Of a stretch of 64,000 nt of DNA, positions 52,138 through 64,000 are shown piece by piece. The DNA is from Octopus sinensis (lineage: Eukaryota). The stretch lies in contig NC_042997.1 in the NCBI RefSeq assembly GCF_006345805.1, positions 59,024,001 through 59,088,000 on the forward strand. The letters are read 5' to 3'. The notes beneath the pieces were generated by a model. It saw nothing but the letters and a program-made list of their open reading frames with translations, searched no databases and was not told the DNA's origin. Position 1 is the stretch's first letter. Every line of letters starts with the position of its first letter. The translations under genes and the position numbers were made by a program.

Positions 52138-54530
52138 TCATCATCATCATCATCATCATTTAACGTCCGCTTTCCATGCTAGCATGGGTTGGACGGTTCA
52201 ACTGGGGTCTGGGGAGCCCGAAGGCTGCACCAGGCCAGTCAGATCTGGCAGTGTTTCTACAGCTGGATGCCCTTCCTAATGCCAACCACTCCGAGAGTGT
52301 AGTGGGTGATTTTATGTGCCACCGACACAGGTGCCAGACAAGGCTGGCGAACGGCCACGCTCGGATGGTGTTTTTATGTGCCACCGACACAGGTGCCAGA
52401 CGAGGCTGACGAACGGCCACGATCGGATGGTGTTTCTTACGTGCCCACAGCACGGAGGCCAGTCGATGCGGTACTGGCTACGGCCACGTTCGGATGGTTT
52501 TCTTGTGTGCCACCACAAAGATACAAATTCCATTGATGTTCATCTATTTTGATTTGATTTGATTTGATTTTCACTTGCCTCAACAGGTCTTCACAAGTGT
52601 CACAAGAAGGAAGGAAGGTATGCACAGGTGAACTGACAACGTCCCAGGTAGGGGCCACGGGTTATGGCCTGACTAGTCTTGCCGGGTCTTCGGATGATGT
52701 TTTTATGTGCCTCCGACACAGGTGCCAGATGGATGGTGTTTGTTACGTGCCCACAGCACGGAGGCCAGTCGATGCGGTACTGGCTACGGCCACGTTCGGA
52801 TGGTTTTCTTGTGTGCCACCGGCACTGGTACCACAAAGATACAAATTCCATTGATGTTCATCTATTTTGATTTGATTTGATTTGATTTGATCACTTGTCT
52901 CAACAGGTCTTCACAAGTGTCACAAGAAGGAAGGTATGCACAGGTGGACTGACTACGTCCCAGGTAGAGGCCACAGGTTATGGCCTGACTAGTCTTGCCG
53001 GGTCTTCGGATGGTGTTTTTATGTGCCACCGACACAGGTGCCAGATGAGGCTGGCGAACGGCCACGATCGGATGGTGTTTGTTATGAGCCCACAGCACAG
53101 AGGCCAGTCGATGCGGTACTGGCTACGGCCATGTTCGGATGGTTATCTTGTGTCCCACCGGCCTTGGTACCACAAAGATACAAATTCCATTGATGTTCAT
53201 CTATTTTGATTTGTTTTGATTTGATCACTTGCCTCAACAGGTCTTCACAAGTGTCACAAGAAGGAAGGTATGCACAGGCGGACTGACTACATCCCAGGTA
53301 GGGGCCACGGGTTATGGCCTGACTAGTCTTGCCGGGTCTTCAGATGGTGTTTTTATGTGCCACCGACACAGGTGCCTGATGAGGCTGGCGAACGGACATG
53401 ATCGGATGGTGTTTGTTACGTGCCCACAGCACGGAGGCCAGTCGATGCGGTACTGGCTACGGCCACGTTCGGATGGTTTTCTTGTGTGCCACCGGCACTG
53501 GTACCACAAAGATACAAATTCCATTGATATTCATCTATTTTGATTTGTTTTGATTTTCACTTGCCTCAACAGGTCTTCACAAGTGTCACAAGAAGGGACG
53601 TATGCACAGGTGGACTGACTACGTCCCAGGTAGGGGCCACGGGTTATGGCCTGACTAGTCTTGCCGGGTCTTCGGATGGTGTCTTTATGTGCCACCGACA
53701 CAGGTGCCAGATGAGGCTGGCGAACGGCCACGATCGGATGGTGTTTGCTATGTGCCCACAGCACGAAGGCCAGTCGATGCGGTACTGGCTACGGCCACGT
53801 TCGGATGGTTTTCTTGTGTGCCACCGGCACTGGTAACAAAGATACAAATTCCATTGATGATCATCTATTTTATTTTGATTTTCACTTTCACTTGCCTCAA
53901 CAGGTCTTCACAAGTGTCACAAGGAAGGTATGCACAGGTGGACTGACTACGTCCCAGGTAGGGGCCACGGATTATGGCCTGACTACTCTTGCCGGGTCTT
54001 CTCACGCACAACATACTTCCATAGGTCTCGGTCTCTAGTCATTTCCTTGGTGAGACCTAAAGTTCAAAGGTCGTGCTTCACCACCTCATCCCAGGTTTTC
54101 CTGTGTCTACCTCTTCCACAGGTTCCCTCAACTGCTAGGATGTAGCACTTTTGCACACAACTATCTACAGCCATTCTCGTCACATGACCATACCAGCGCA
54201 GCCGTCTCTCTTACACACCACAATTGACGCTTCTTAGGTTCAACTTTTCTCTCAAGGTACTTACACTCTGACGATTATGAACACTGACATTACACATCCA
54301 TCGGAGCATACTGGCTTCATTTCTTGCAAGCTTACGCATATCCTCAGCAGTCACGGCCCATGTTTCACTACCATGTAGCTTGGCTGTACGTACACATGCA
54401 TCATACAGTCTGCCTTTTACTCTGAGCGAGAGGCCTTTTGTCACCAGCAGGGGCAAGAGCTCTCTAAACTTTGCCCATATGATGAAAATAAATGGTGTTG
54501 CTAAAAAAGCTTTCTTTCTTATAAAGTCCA
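52138..54530 (-). mobile_element. RTE-clade LINE 3' fragment with tandemly amplified 3' UTR
   Basis: ORF 54211..54531 and continuation: WAKFRELLPLL..KGLSLRVKGRLYDACVR..LHGSETW..ERRLRWYGHVTRM..GRGR.RKTW. 3' UTR runs to an (ATG)n tail at 52138-52158. Confidence 0.9.
52510..54000. repeat. ~330-bp tandem repeat (about 4.5 units), each containing (GATTT)n
   Basis: gatacaaattccattga recurs at 52520, 52838, 53177, 53511 and 53841 (periods 318-339). Confidence 0.9.
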
Positions 54531-56706
54531 CGGAGTAGTTGTGAAAGGATGGGTGGGGCCAGGATGTGAATTCTCCTTTCTTGACACCTTCAATATAACA
54601 GACCCCAAGAGAGAGAGAGAGTGTGTGGAGAAATAGCTGCAGTACTTGACAGACATTTTATTGACTCCAGGGAATAAAATGTCAAGTTAACCTTAGTAAG
54701 ATTGAACTCAGTGAATAGGGAGCTGTAACAAATACCATAAGGCATTCTATCAGACACTCTAATTACCAAGACGACAAGCTGGCAGAAATATGAGCATGCT
54801 GAGTGAAATGCTTAGTGTTATTTTATCTGTCTTTATGTTCTGAGTTCAAATTCCGCCAAGGTCGACTTTGCCTTTCATCCTTTTGGGGTCAAGAAATTAA
54901 GTACCACTTGTGTACTGGGGTTGATCTAATCGACTTACTTTCCCCAAAAATTTGACAAGCCCCTCCCAAAAAATTTCAGATATTTTGCCTAGAGTAGAAA
55001 AGACACTCTAATCACCTACATATCACTTCCATGAAAATATCTCCCAAAGGATGGGATTGACAGAAGTCGAATCATAGATAAGTTGGTATGACTTGACCAA
55101 AAATAGTGCTAATAGTAACAGCTATTAAGGGTTTAGAAGTTAAACATGATCACAGACAAAACAATATATAATACAAAGGCAGAAAAGAATGTTATGCAGG
55201 CCATCTAAGCTAGAGATTGTAATTTTGACTGTAATAATGATATTGGTTTCAAAATATGATATAAGACCAGAAATTTCAGGGAAGGGGTTAAGTCAATTAC
55301 ATCGACCCCAGTGCCCAAATGGTACTTAATTCATTGGTCCTGAAAGGATGAAAGGCAAAGCTGAGCTCAGAGAAATTTGAACTCAGAATGTAAAGACAGA
55401 CGAAATGCCAATAATTCTGTCAGTTTGCTGCCTAACAATAGTATTGATATTGATGGTAATGTTGATGGTGATGTTTTAGCTATTTGCTATACCAAGGTCA
55501 GTCCTAATCAAGAAGATCTACAATCAAAAGTGTTCCTTCTGTGAAGACCCCCATTTTTAGGCATGGAGTATGTAAGACTACATTATACAATGTCCTTTTT
55601 TTTTTCTCTTAAAGATAGGATAGTTGGGGATGCAACAACATTAATCATAGGTCTGCAAGCTTAGGTCTAACTATAGTTAGACAATTATGCTAATCATACA
55701 AACATGAAAGCAGTCTGTACCAACATGCATAGTAAGTGATCTTAAAAAGATTTCTGATACTTCATATTTCTATAGATGCTCACATAGATCTTTTATTAGC
55801 TTGTAACAGCAAGGATGTTGTAGTTGCTTAATTCCAAGCCAACCCAGATAAAAGCCTTTATAAAAGAATAGTGGTGGTGGTGGTGGGAGTATGATAACAT
55901 TGACAGTGGCAGTAAAGATGTTGTTGGTGATATAATGGGGATAAAACAATGGCTATAAATAAATATTTAAGCAAGGTCAACAAAATACATTAGGTAAATT
56001 ATCAGTATACTCTAGTATGTAAAATTGTAAACTTGAGGAGATATCAAGTTTACTCTATTAAAAAAAAGACTTCTATCTTTCAACCATAGTAGAAAGATAC
56101 AACACTGAATCTAAACCGAAAGTCACAACAGAACTCATTCACAGAGGACCCTGTACCAACATGTATTCAACTATGCAAGGGAAAAGTATCAATGCATTAA
56201 TAACAAAAATTACAGTGAAAAAAAAAGTGAAAATGCTTTCCAAATATTTAGCGCCAGTTTAATGACATTCAGCAGATAAAAGATAAATCTTCCAGGATTT
56301 GGATGCAATTTATTACATGATTTTCCAAGTGATCTAGAACATATATCAGACAATTGGATGAACTGAGGCAATTTCTGAATAAGGTTTCTTTCCAGGGCAA
56401 CGAAATGCTTGCAAAGGATTTGAACTCAGAACTGTTAAGTTGGTAGTTTGAGCATGAAAGAAATGCATGTTGGTACAGACCACCTTCACACTTGAGTGAT
56501 TAGCCCAACTGTTTAGCTATAATCAGATCTAATACAACAGACCTATGATTAAAAGTGTTCCAGCACTGACTGTCCCATCTTTTTCTCAGGTACAACTTAA
56601 ATCCAGGACTAAAATATCCAGTGCATCCTTATTTTTTTTTAATTAGCAAAGTATGATTTGAAGAAAGTTTAGCTGGTATTTCTAGCAGTTGAACAATTAT
56701 GTAAAG

Positions 56707-56924
56707 CAATGTTTCTCAATAATATTTTATTTTTATCAATGGACCCCTTTGATTCCTATTTTACTTGGATAGACCCTTCCTAGTCATTCAATGTTTAACA
56801 AATCATATATTTTTTATAGTATTATTAAGAGTTGTATATAAAAAAAATTACTGCAGATAAATTTTAACATGTAAATCTTATATGGACCCCCAAGGGCCAT
56901 ATGGACACTAGTAGAGAATCACTG
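56707..56924. mobile_element. Possible hAT-type MITE (decayed)
   Basis: Ends caatgtttctcaa / tagagaatcactg resemble CAGTG(G/T)TTCTCAA TIRs; internal tggacccc motifs. Imperfect match. Confidence 0.4.
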
Positions 56925-57089
56925 GAGTAAAAGTTCCTTCATTGGCTCATTGACAGTTATATGAAGAGGCATCCAACTTTAAATAGAAAAATTAATTTGC
57001 CCTAAAAGCTCTTACACAATAGGTGCAGGCATGGCTATAGGCACAAGCATGATTATTGTCTATAGGCACAGGTGCAGCTGAGTGGTAAG

Positions 57090-57482
57090 AATAGGTGCCA
57101 GCATGGCTGTGTGATAAGAAGTTTGCTTCCCAATCATATGGTTCTGGGTTCAGTCCCACTGCATAGTACACTAGACAAGTATCTTCTGTTGCAACCCTGA
57201 GCCAACCCAAAGCCTTGTAAGTGGATTCAGTAGACAGAAACTGAGGAAAGACCATTGTGTGTGTGTATGTGTGTGTGTGTGTCCATGTCTTCCCCCACCA
57301 CCACTTGACAACTGGTGCTGGTGTATTCATGTCACCATAACTTAGCAGTTTGGCAAAGGAAACCAATAAAATAAGTAACAGGCTTCAAAAAAAAAAGTAC
57401 TGGGGTCAATTCATTTGACTAAAAATTCTTCAAGGTGGTGCCCCAGCATGGCCACAACCTAATGACTGAAACAAATAAAAGA
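57090..57482 (+). mobile_element. SINE family C with internal microsatellite (representative + copy)
   Basis: tggctgtgtgataagaagtttgcttcccaa..ggttcagtccc..caagtatcttct..aaagccttgtaagtggatt..(TG)n..cttagcagtttggcaaa..atgactgaaacaa. Confidence 0.75.
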
Positions 57483-58296
57483 ATATAGAATCTAAAGATC
57501 TATTCAATCCTAATCTAGCACAACGAGATAAAACAGAGTTATAAAAAATAGAAAAGTTTCAGCTTCAAATTATCTTAGGAATATACCATCATCTCATGAA
57601 TAATAACATGAATATTGAAACAAAAAATAAATAAAACACAGAAAAAGAAAAAAAGACAAAAAATTTGAGACAAGGAAATTATGTAATGAGGCTTGATGCT
57701 GTAAGAATAGTTTGGTGGTATTAAGGTTGTGTAGTGGTGGGTACTTTGAGATGTTAGAATGGAGAAGTGAGGATGAAGAGGAAAGTGGTAGCAAGTGTGA
57801 TATGTAAATGAAGGTGTGATGCACAGTGAGTGAGAGAAATCCCAGTGTGCTTGTAGGAAGGTGTTTACAGAGTAGTGGTGACAAAGCAACAAATTGAAGA
57901 AATAAACAAAACAATTTTATTACCAGTCATAAAATGAAGTAATAAAATAAATAAAAACAAAGATATGGCAATTGCAATGGTGATGATGACAATGACGAAA
58001 ATTATGGTACTGATAACTTACAAACAAATGCCGAAAAGTTTCAAAACCAAGTTGGCAGCCATTGATTTGATATTGATCATCTGACCGATACGAATGTTGG
58101 AAAGAAAATTAGGTTCTCGGATGACATTCAGTACACAAAGCAAGGTGAAAAGCAGGTAATATCTCACTTGGCTAACACTAATTGTGTTAGTAGTGTCAAT
58201 GGCACTAGTGGTGGTGGTGGTAGCGGTGGCAGCAGTAGTAGTAGTGGTAATAACACCACACTGAGTCTTCCTCTTTCGCCGGACACTTGAACTTAC

Positions 58297-58459
58297 TTCA
58301 TACATAATAATCAAGATTTGTTTTCGTAATGACCATTCTACAAACTGACTACAGGGGAACAACTGTGTGTTGTTAGATGAAAGATAAGATGGAAAATTCA
58401 GAGTTAATGGGTTCTCCTTCTGTACAAAATTCTTATTTGACCCACTACTTTTCAATTAA
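58297..58459 (-). other. Candidate upstream (5') exon of SNX16
   Basis: Long pyrimidine-rich tract ending gatacag| and a TATGAA|gtaagt donor. Splicing to 49952 gives ATG AA|A GTG TCA CCA, in frame with the CDS (MKVSPEQSMEK). No transcript evidence. Confidence 0.3.
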
Positions 58460-60235
58460 CTGTATCATCATCAACAACAGAACAAACAAATGAACCAGAG
58501 AAATAGAAAGAAAAATATATTTAGTGTGAGATTAAATATTCTCAATGGAAGAATATAAATCATTAGAAAGCTTTAAATTTCTTTCTTTACTTCTTTAGAT
58601 CCTTAAAAATTGTTGCAATTTTATTCATGCTGAAAAGCATAATGTGTATGAATGGTCATGTGTGAGTGTGTATGTAAGTGCACACAATTTACACTGTGTA
58701 GGTAGATGTATACAGTGAGTTGGTGCTACTGAATTCAACTTAGTATGGCTTTTAAATAAATTTAAGGCAAGAATTTCTTTCTTCTTCACTTCAGTTTCAA
58801 AAAACTATCCTTCTGCTGTAAATATTTCTTTCCTTTCAATATTCACCACAGTATTTTCCACCCCAAATGTGTTCAATGATGTGTGGGTATTTTTTAGTAC
58901 ACCAAATAACTATCCGGACTTTGGGAATTACTTGAGGTTTACAGTGAGAAACGCAAGAGATCTGAAAAGAAGCCAGTGACAACAGCTTTACTATGAATGT
59001 GTACGTGTCTGTAGAGGGGGGAGGTGCAATTAGTTGCAGTGAAAAGCAATTAGTAACGGTAGGTGGAAGTCATTTGGCAAAGTAAGTTGAGGTGGTTGTC
59101 TGTTGGTAGAAGGTCAAGGGTGATGTTGGCTGATGATAGAAAGACCAGAAAGAAAGTGACAGTAAAACTTAACTCAGGGAGGGAGGAGGGTTTCAGGTGG
59201 AAGAGATAAAGAGACAAGAATAAAAAGAATGTAAGAGAATATGACAGAGAGAAAAAGATAAAGAAACGGGGGGGGGGGGAGCAAGAGAAGAAAGCTTGAT
59301 AGCAAATGACTTTACAGTAAGAGCAGAGAATTAAAAGACAACATTAAGGAGAATGAAATAATGAACTGAAGAAGAGAAATGAAGTGTGAAAGAAAAAAGT
59401 AGTAAGAAAAGAATTTGGTGGAAGATTTTACCAACAAAGAAAAGCATAAACAATTGCTTGGAGAGAGTATTTAAAGTTTAATGAAAGTATTCTGAAATGC
59501 CAAGGAGCTAATAGGGTGCCATATGAATACAACAAGGGTACTTATTATTCGATAACATTACAACACTGTTTCATTACTTATACATACTAAAATTACTAAC
59601 ATTGACCCTCTGCTGCCAAAGGTCAAGTCAAAGCAACACCTCTAAAGAAGGATAGGGGTGATATAGTGAAATATGTCTGCATGAAGAGACACAATTGTAG
59701 GGTAGGTATGATGTTAGATTCCTGACTTGTATGTCATGAGAGCTAATACATGCTTTTTATTTTTTATTATTTGTTTTTGCACAAGTTATTCTAAGAAGTC
59801 AAACCAGGGTCCTTTCAGGCACAGTTCTCTGCTCTCTATCTTATCTCAGTCCTTAAAAAGATAATTTGCACACAATAAATTCTCACACAAATACTTAACA
59901 TACATGTCTCCCCCAGTCAAAAACCAGCTTGTTTTTATTTATTTACTCTAAGAAAAACAGTGGTTCCCATAGATTTTCAGAACTTCTTGGAGGGGAATAC
60001 AAGAGTAATGCTGTTGTTTGATCCCAACTCAGCCTATAAATAAACGTAATTCTGCCTCACCATCTGATCTTTGTTGTATACATTATCCACATTTTTCTTC
60101 TATGAACTATGTTTAGTCCCACTACATGCCACCTTGGATAAGTGTCTTCTACTATAGCTGCAAGTCAACCAATGCATTGAGTGAAAATGAAAGAAGTCTG
60201 TCATACATACATACATATATATATATATGTGTGTG

Positions 60236-60485
60236 TGGAGGCGCGTAGCTTAGTGGTTAGGGTGTCAGCATCATGATCGTAAGATTGTGGTTTTGATTCC
60301 TGGACCAGGCGACACATTGTGTTCCTGAGCAAAACACTTCATTTGACATTGTTCCAGTCCACTCAGCTGGCAAAAATGAGTAACACTGCAATGGACTTGC
60401 ATCCCATCCAGATGGGGAACACATATGCTATAGAAACCGGGAAACTGGGCCCATGAGCCTGGCTAGGCTTTAAAAGGGCACATTT
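60236..60485 (+). mobile_element. tRNA-headed SINE family B
   Basis: ggaggcgcgtagcttagtggttagggtgtc (A box) ... ggttttgattcctggacc (B box), then ctgagcaaaacacttcat core and a (TA)n tail. Confidence 0.75.
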
Positions 60486-60492
60486 ATTTATT

Positions 60493-60547
<55 letters not shown>

Positions 60548-62255
60548 TATATACACAAATACATATGTTTATATATATGTATATGTGTGTATATGTATAT
60601 ATGTGTGAGTCAGTGTTTGTGTTTGTCCCCCTTCAACACTTGACAACTAGTGCTGGTTTATTTATTTCCCCGTAACTTAGCAGTTTGGCAAGAAGAGATT
60701 AGAAAAATAAGTACCAGGCTTAAAAATAAGTACTGAGGTACATTTGTTTTATTAAATTCTTCAAGGTTGTTTCCCAGTAGGGCTGCAGGCCAAAGACTGA
60801 AACAAATAAAAAGTTAAAACTAAAACCCATACACAAAACAATTTATGCTAGCTCATACCTGAATTTTCTAAAATTAGAAAATTAATTCAAGACCAGGCAA
60901 TTTCAGTCTTCTAACAATCAATCCAAGAGTTGGTGATAAAATTTAAACCGTGCATTCAAGGGATTCAATTTTTGTTTCTGATAGGATTCACTATATTATT
61001 GAATTTATTATCAGGAAAATATGATGGTAGTTTAAGAATTCACATATCAGCATAATGTGGTACACGTAAATTTAAGCAGGAAATATTTTCTTGGTTTCAG
61101 CCAATAAAAAAATCAAATAATTTGAATAATTCAATTTGCTTCCTGTTTATGTTCTTCACTGCCAGTGTCATGTAAAAAGTATCTGGTCCACACTGTGAAG
61201 TGGTTGGTATTAGGAAGGGTATCTACCCATAGAATACATGCCAAATCAGACATTGGAGCTTAGCATGATCTTCTGGCTCAAGGGCTCTTATCAAACCATC
61301 CAACCCATGCTAGCATGGAAAATGGATGTTAAACAATGATGATGATGACTATCCTCTGTTTTTCCAGTAAACTTTTTGTCACTTAAAGTACATGGTAAAA
61401 AACTAACTAGTGATGTAATTAATCATGAGAGTTAACCACTATCTGTCATGCAGTAGAGCCATTCCACATGGGTAATTAGGGAAACAAACCAACAAACCAA
61501 CCAAAAAACACTTTGCTACATGACTTTGGCATTCGAATTCTGCACATGATACAATAATATTTTTTTATCACATATGTGCATATGTATGTAAGTATGATGT
61601 ATGTATGTATGCATGTATGTGATACTATACCTTGATACTGTGTGGACTACAATCTCCTTTGATAGGTCTCTAGTATGTCATCATAACTTACATAGCTTAC
61701 TAATTTGAGTGGTCAATGGTTGTTATGTAAGATTGTTGTAATGGTTAACATACCTATATGATTTACAGCAGATGAATCACTTAAATTCTATAAGCAACAT
61801 TACAACATATTTCCATCTTCATTGGATATATATGTGTGTGAAAATACTATACTGTGTATTTAATACCTAAACACCTTGCAAAAAGAGATAAAATTTCGAA
61901 AAACAAAATAAACTTTATTTTGCTTTGTAATCATTGATAAAATAAATAGGCTTTTAGTTTCAATTATTTCTGAGATAAGAGTAGACACAATAAACAACCA
62001 GCCAGCCAATTAAATTGAAGAAAAACAATCTAAGAGAGCCACAATGTGGTTCTGTAATCTTTTAGAATTAGCAACCAATTCTTCTCATAGGTGGAACATT
62101 TTTGTTTTTAGGTCAGCTTCATTGCCACTGGCTTGAGGTTTAAAGAATGGAACTGAAACAAAATCTGTGACGTATTTTGTTAGTTTTTGTTGTTTTTTGT
62201 TTGATGGAAGGATTGATGGTACACAAAAGATTTATTATTTTTAAAGTTTTTTTAA

Positions 62256-62470
62256 CCCTTTTGATACCAACCCACCTGAAACTGCCATTGATTTTATGAT
62301 ACAAATTTCCAGTTTTAAAGAGATCTAAATTAAAATCTTCCTTGAGAATTTTGTGTTATGTTCCAAACACCTGCTTAATAATGACAGTTACTTTACTACA
62401 TCCTTAATTATTTCCAAAATTAAGTGAAACAAAGTCAGTATATTTCAACAGAAATATGATAACAAAAGGG
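62256..62470. mobile_element. piggyBac-type MITE
   Basis: TTAA|CCCTTTTGATACCA ... TGATAACAAAAGGG|TTAA. Confidence 0.8.
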
Positions 62471-64000
62471 TTAAAATCAGATCCTCATCCCCATACTTTT
62501 ATTTCTGTGTTATGACATTCATTTCAAAAACTACTGCAATACACATTTTTCTGTAGCAATAAAAGAACCAGAACTCACAAATTACTGCATGTTATCTTCT
62601 ATTACTGCTCATGCCCCTCATTCTTTTTAATACCAGTTAAGTTCAACAGTGTTTTATCCAACACCCAATAGCAAAAAGATGGTTGTTCCTCCTCTCATTC
62701 ATCAGCTTCCAATTCTCTCTCTCTATCTGTCTCTATGAATTTATCTGTAGGTTTCTCATGTCAAATGCAACACAGATAAAGCACTCATAGTGCAATAATC
62801 TAAAAATCTGTTGACAAAACTATTTGACATAAATTTTAGAAAATTAATTTAATTTGATTAAAACACCATTCGTATACACACACACATTTATACATGGCAT
62901 ACACTCCACACACACACATTTTTGTGTGTGTCTGATGGTATTATGAGCTTAATTAGTACAAATTTAACATTAGGTAGAGCAAGTATTTATTTCAAAAAGT
63001 TATCATAGTATATAAGCCAATAGATGTTATAAATTGATTCCTTTAGAGTTTTTGAATTTAAATCCTAACTTTATATGGTATAAATCAGTTATAGAAATTA
63101 AGTATATTTAGGCATGTGTCCACTGTTAATTTTAGGTTTAGCTTTTAAGATTTAAATCTACAAATAGTAGTAGACACAAACCTAAACAATTAATTTGGTA
63201 TTTTACAGACAAGTTGGAAAAAAGTTGCCAATAAGCGTTCCATCTTATAAGAGTAAATACCCAATATTGCTGCATTTGAAATTTACTTTTTTCTCTGTAA
63301 AATATCAAACACATTTGACCCTTCCAAGATTTGTTTATATAATGATGTCAATTTTATATCAAGAGTGCCTCAATGTGGTTCTGTAATCTTTTAGAATTAG
63401 CAACCTTGATATTATATGAAACCTAGACACTGACAGCTACCAACCTTTCTAAAAAGAAAAAGCAATGAAAGGCTTCTATATATTAACAAATACTCTTTCT
63501 ACCCAATTTATGTCATTAATTGCCATATGCTTGATATTCAATAAAAATATCGAACATGCTTGTCAAGCTTCTCTTCAGATGAGGACTCTTTCATCAGAGT
63601 GTCTCATTATTACAATTATGTTAAATGCCTTCAGGGAAAAAATTCCAATACACAACAAATACCATATATACCCCAACTTCTGCATGACCAATATAAACCA
63701 AAACTACTATGCTTCAACAATCCAACTCCGATCACAACATCACCAGTAAATTTTTACTTTGATACAAAAACATTTTCCCAATAACTACTGATATAAAATA
63801 TTTAAGAGAAACAACTAAGTTACTCAAGCACACCTAACTTTGCCTTACTATAGCAAACACTAGTTCACTTCTTTATATGACATTGCATCAACTCCGGAAA
63901 TTGTCCATTTAACGGTCAATATCTCAAAAAGGTCAATAACATACCATGCAGATGTCTTTACTATCAATAAAAACACACCTAAATCCCTACATCAATATAA

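Noticed and set aside
53376-53400. CTGATGAGGCTGGCGAAC resembling a hammerhead core
   Set aside because: Sister units read ccagatgagg, so this is a point variant; there is no stem II or GAAA geometry.
52510-54000. Repeat-spacer-like periodicity suggestive of a CRISPR array
   Set aside because: Eukaryotic context, the whole ~330-bp unit repeats with no unique spacers, and there are no cas genes.
52160-54145. Dense cluster of overlapping Cys/Arg/His-rich ORFs resembling a repetitive gene
   Set aside because: Explained by the GC-richer tandem RTE 3' UTR; the frames are broken by (GATTT)n length changes.
58018-58455. 145-aa ORF with poly-Thr/Ala
   Set aside because: It is inflated by a (GTA/GTG/GCA)n triplet tract; only its 5' part is considered as a possible exon.
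1741-63784. Most ORF-track entries (YIYI, CVCV and HTHT-rich ORFs; SINE and RTE-UTR ORFs)
   Set aside because: They are translations of microsatellites or non-coding repeats, without splice context or protein motifs.

Overview
AT-rich, microsatellite-dense, intron-rich animal DNA. The repeat landscape (tRNA-headed SINEs, RTE-LINE 3' tails ending in (ATG)n, (TA)n tracts) looks like an octopus/coleoid cephalopod genome; the taxon is an inference. One protein-coding gene is clearly supported: sorting nexin 16 (SNX16) on the minus strand. It has six coding exons (49933-49562, 18651-18565, 9822-9674, 8907-8838, 5862-5726, 5637-5496) with GT-AG boundaries and consistent phases, giving 318 aa (PX domain plus coiled coil), and a 30.9 kb intron. 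Most ORF-track entries are spurious or TE relics. The introns hold SINEs, RTE and other LINE fragments, two Helitrons, mariner and piggyBac MITEs, a foldback element and Penelope-like (PLE) fragments. The standout is 32692-34180: a very young, near-identical array of 362-bp non-coding units, each with a minimal type I hammerhead ribozyme fold carrying a compensated U3:A8 core. The array forms two diverging inverted arms (1.6 and 2.5 units) inserted in (TA)n, which looks like a retrozyme/PLE pseudo-LTR insertion. Three further, unrelated hammerhead-like elements occur at about 6.05, 25.0 and 41.7 kb; the last sits downstream of a GIY-YIG relic and a tRNA-like Pol III head. A candidate in-frame 15-nt SNX16 microexon lies at 15769-15783. 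All folds, alignments and coordinates were derived by eye; repeat boundaries are approximate.
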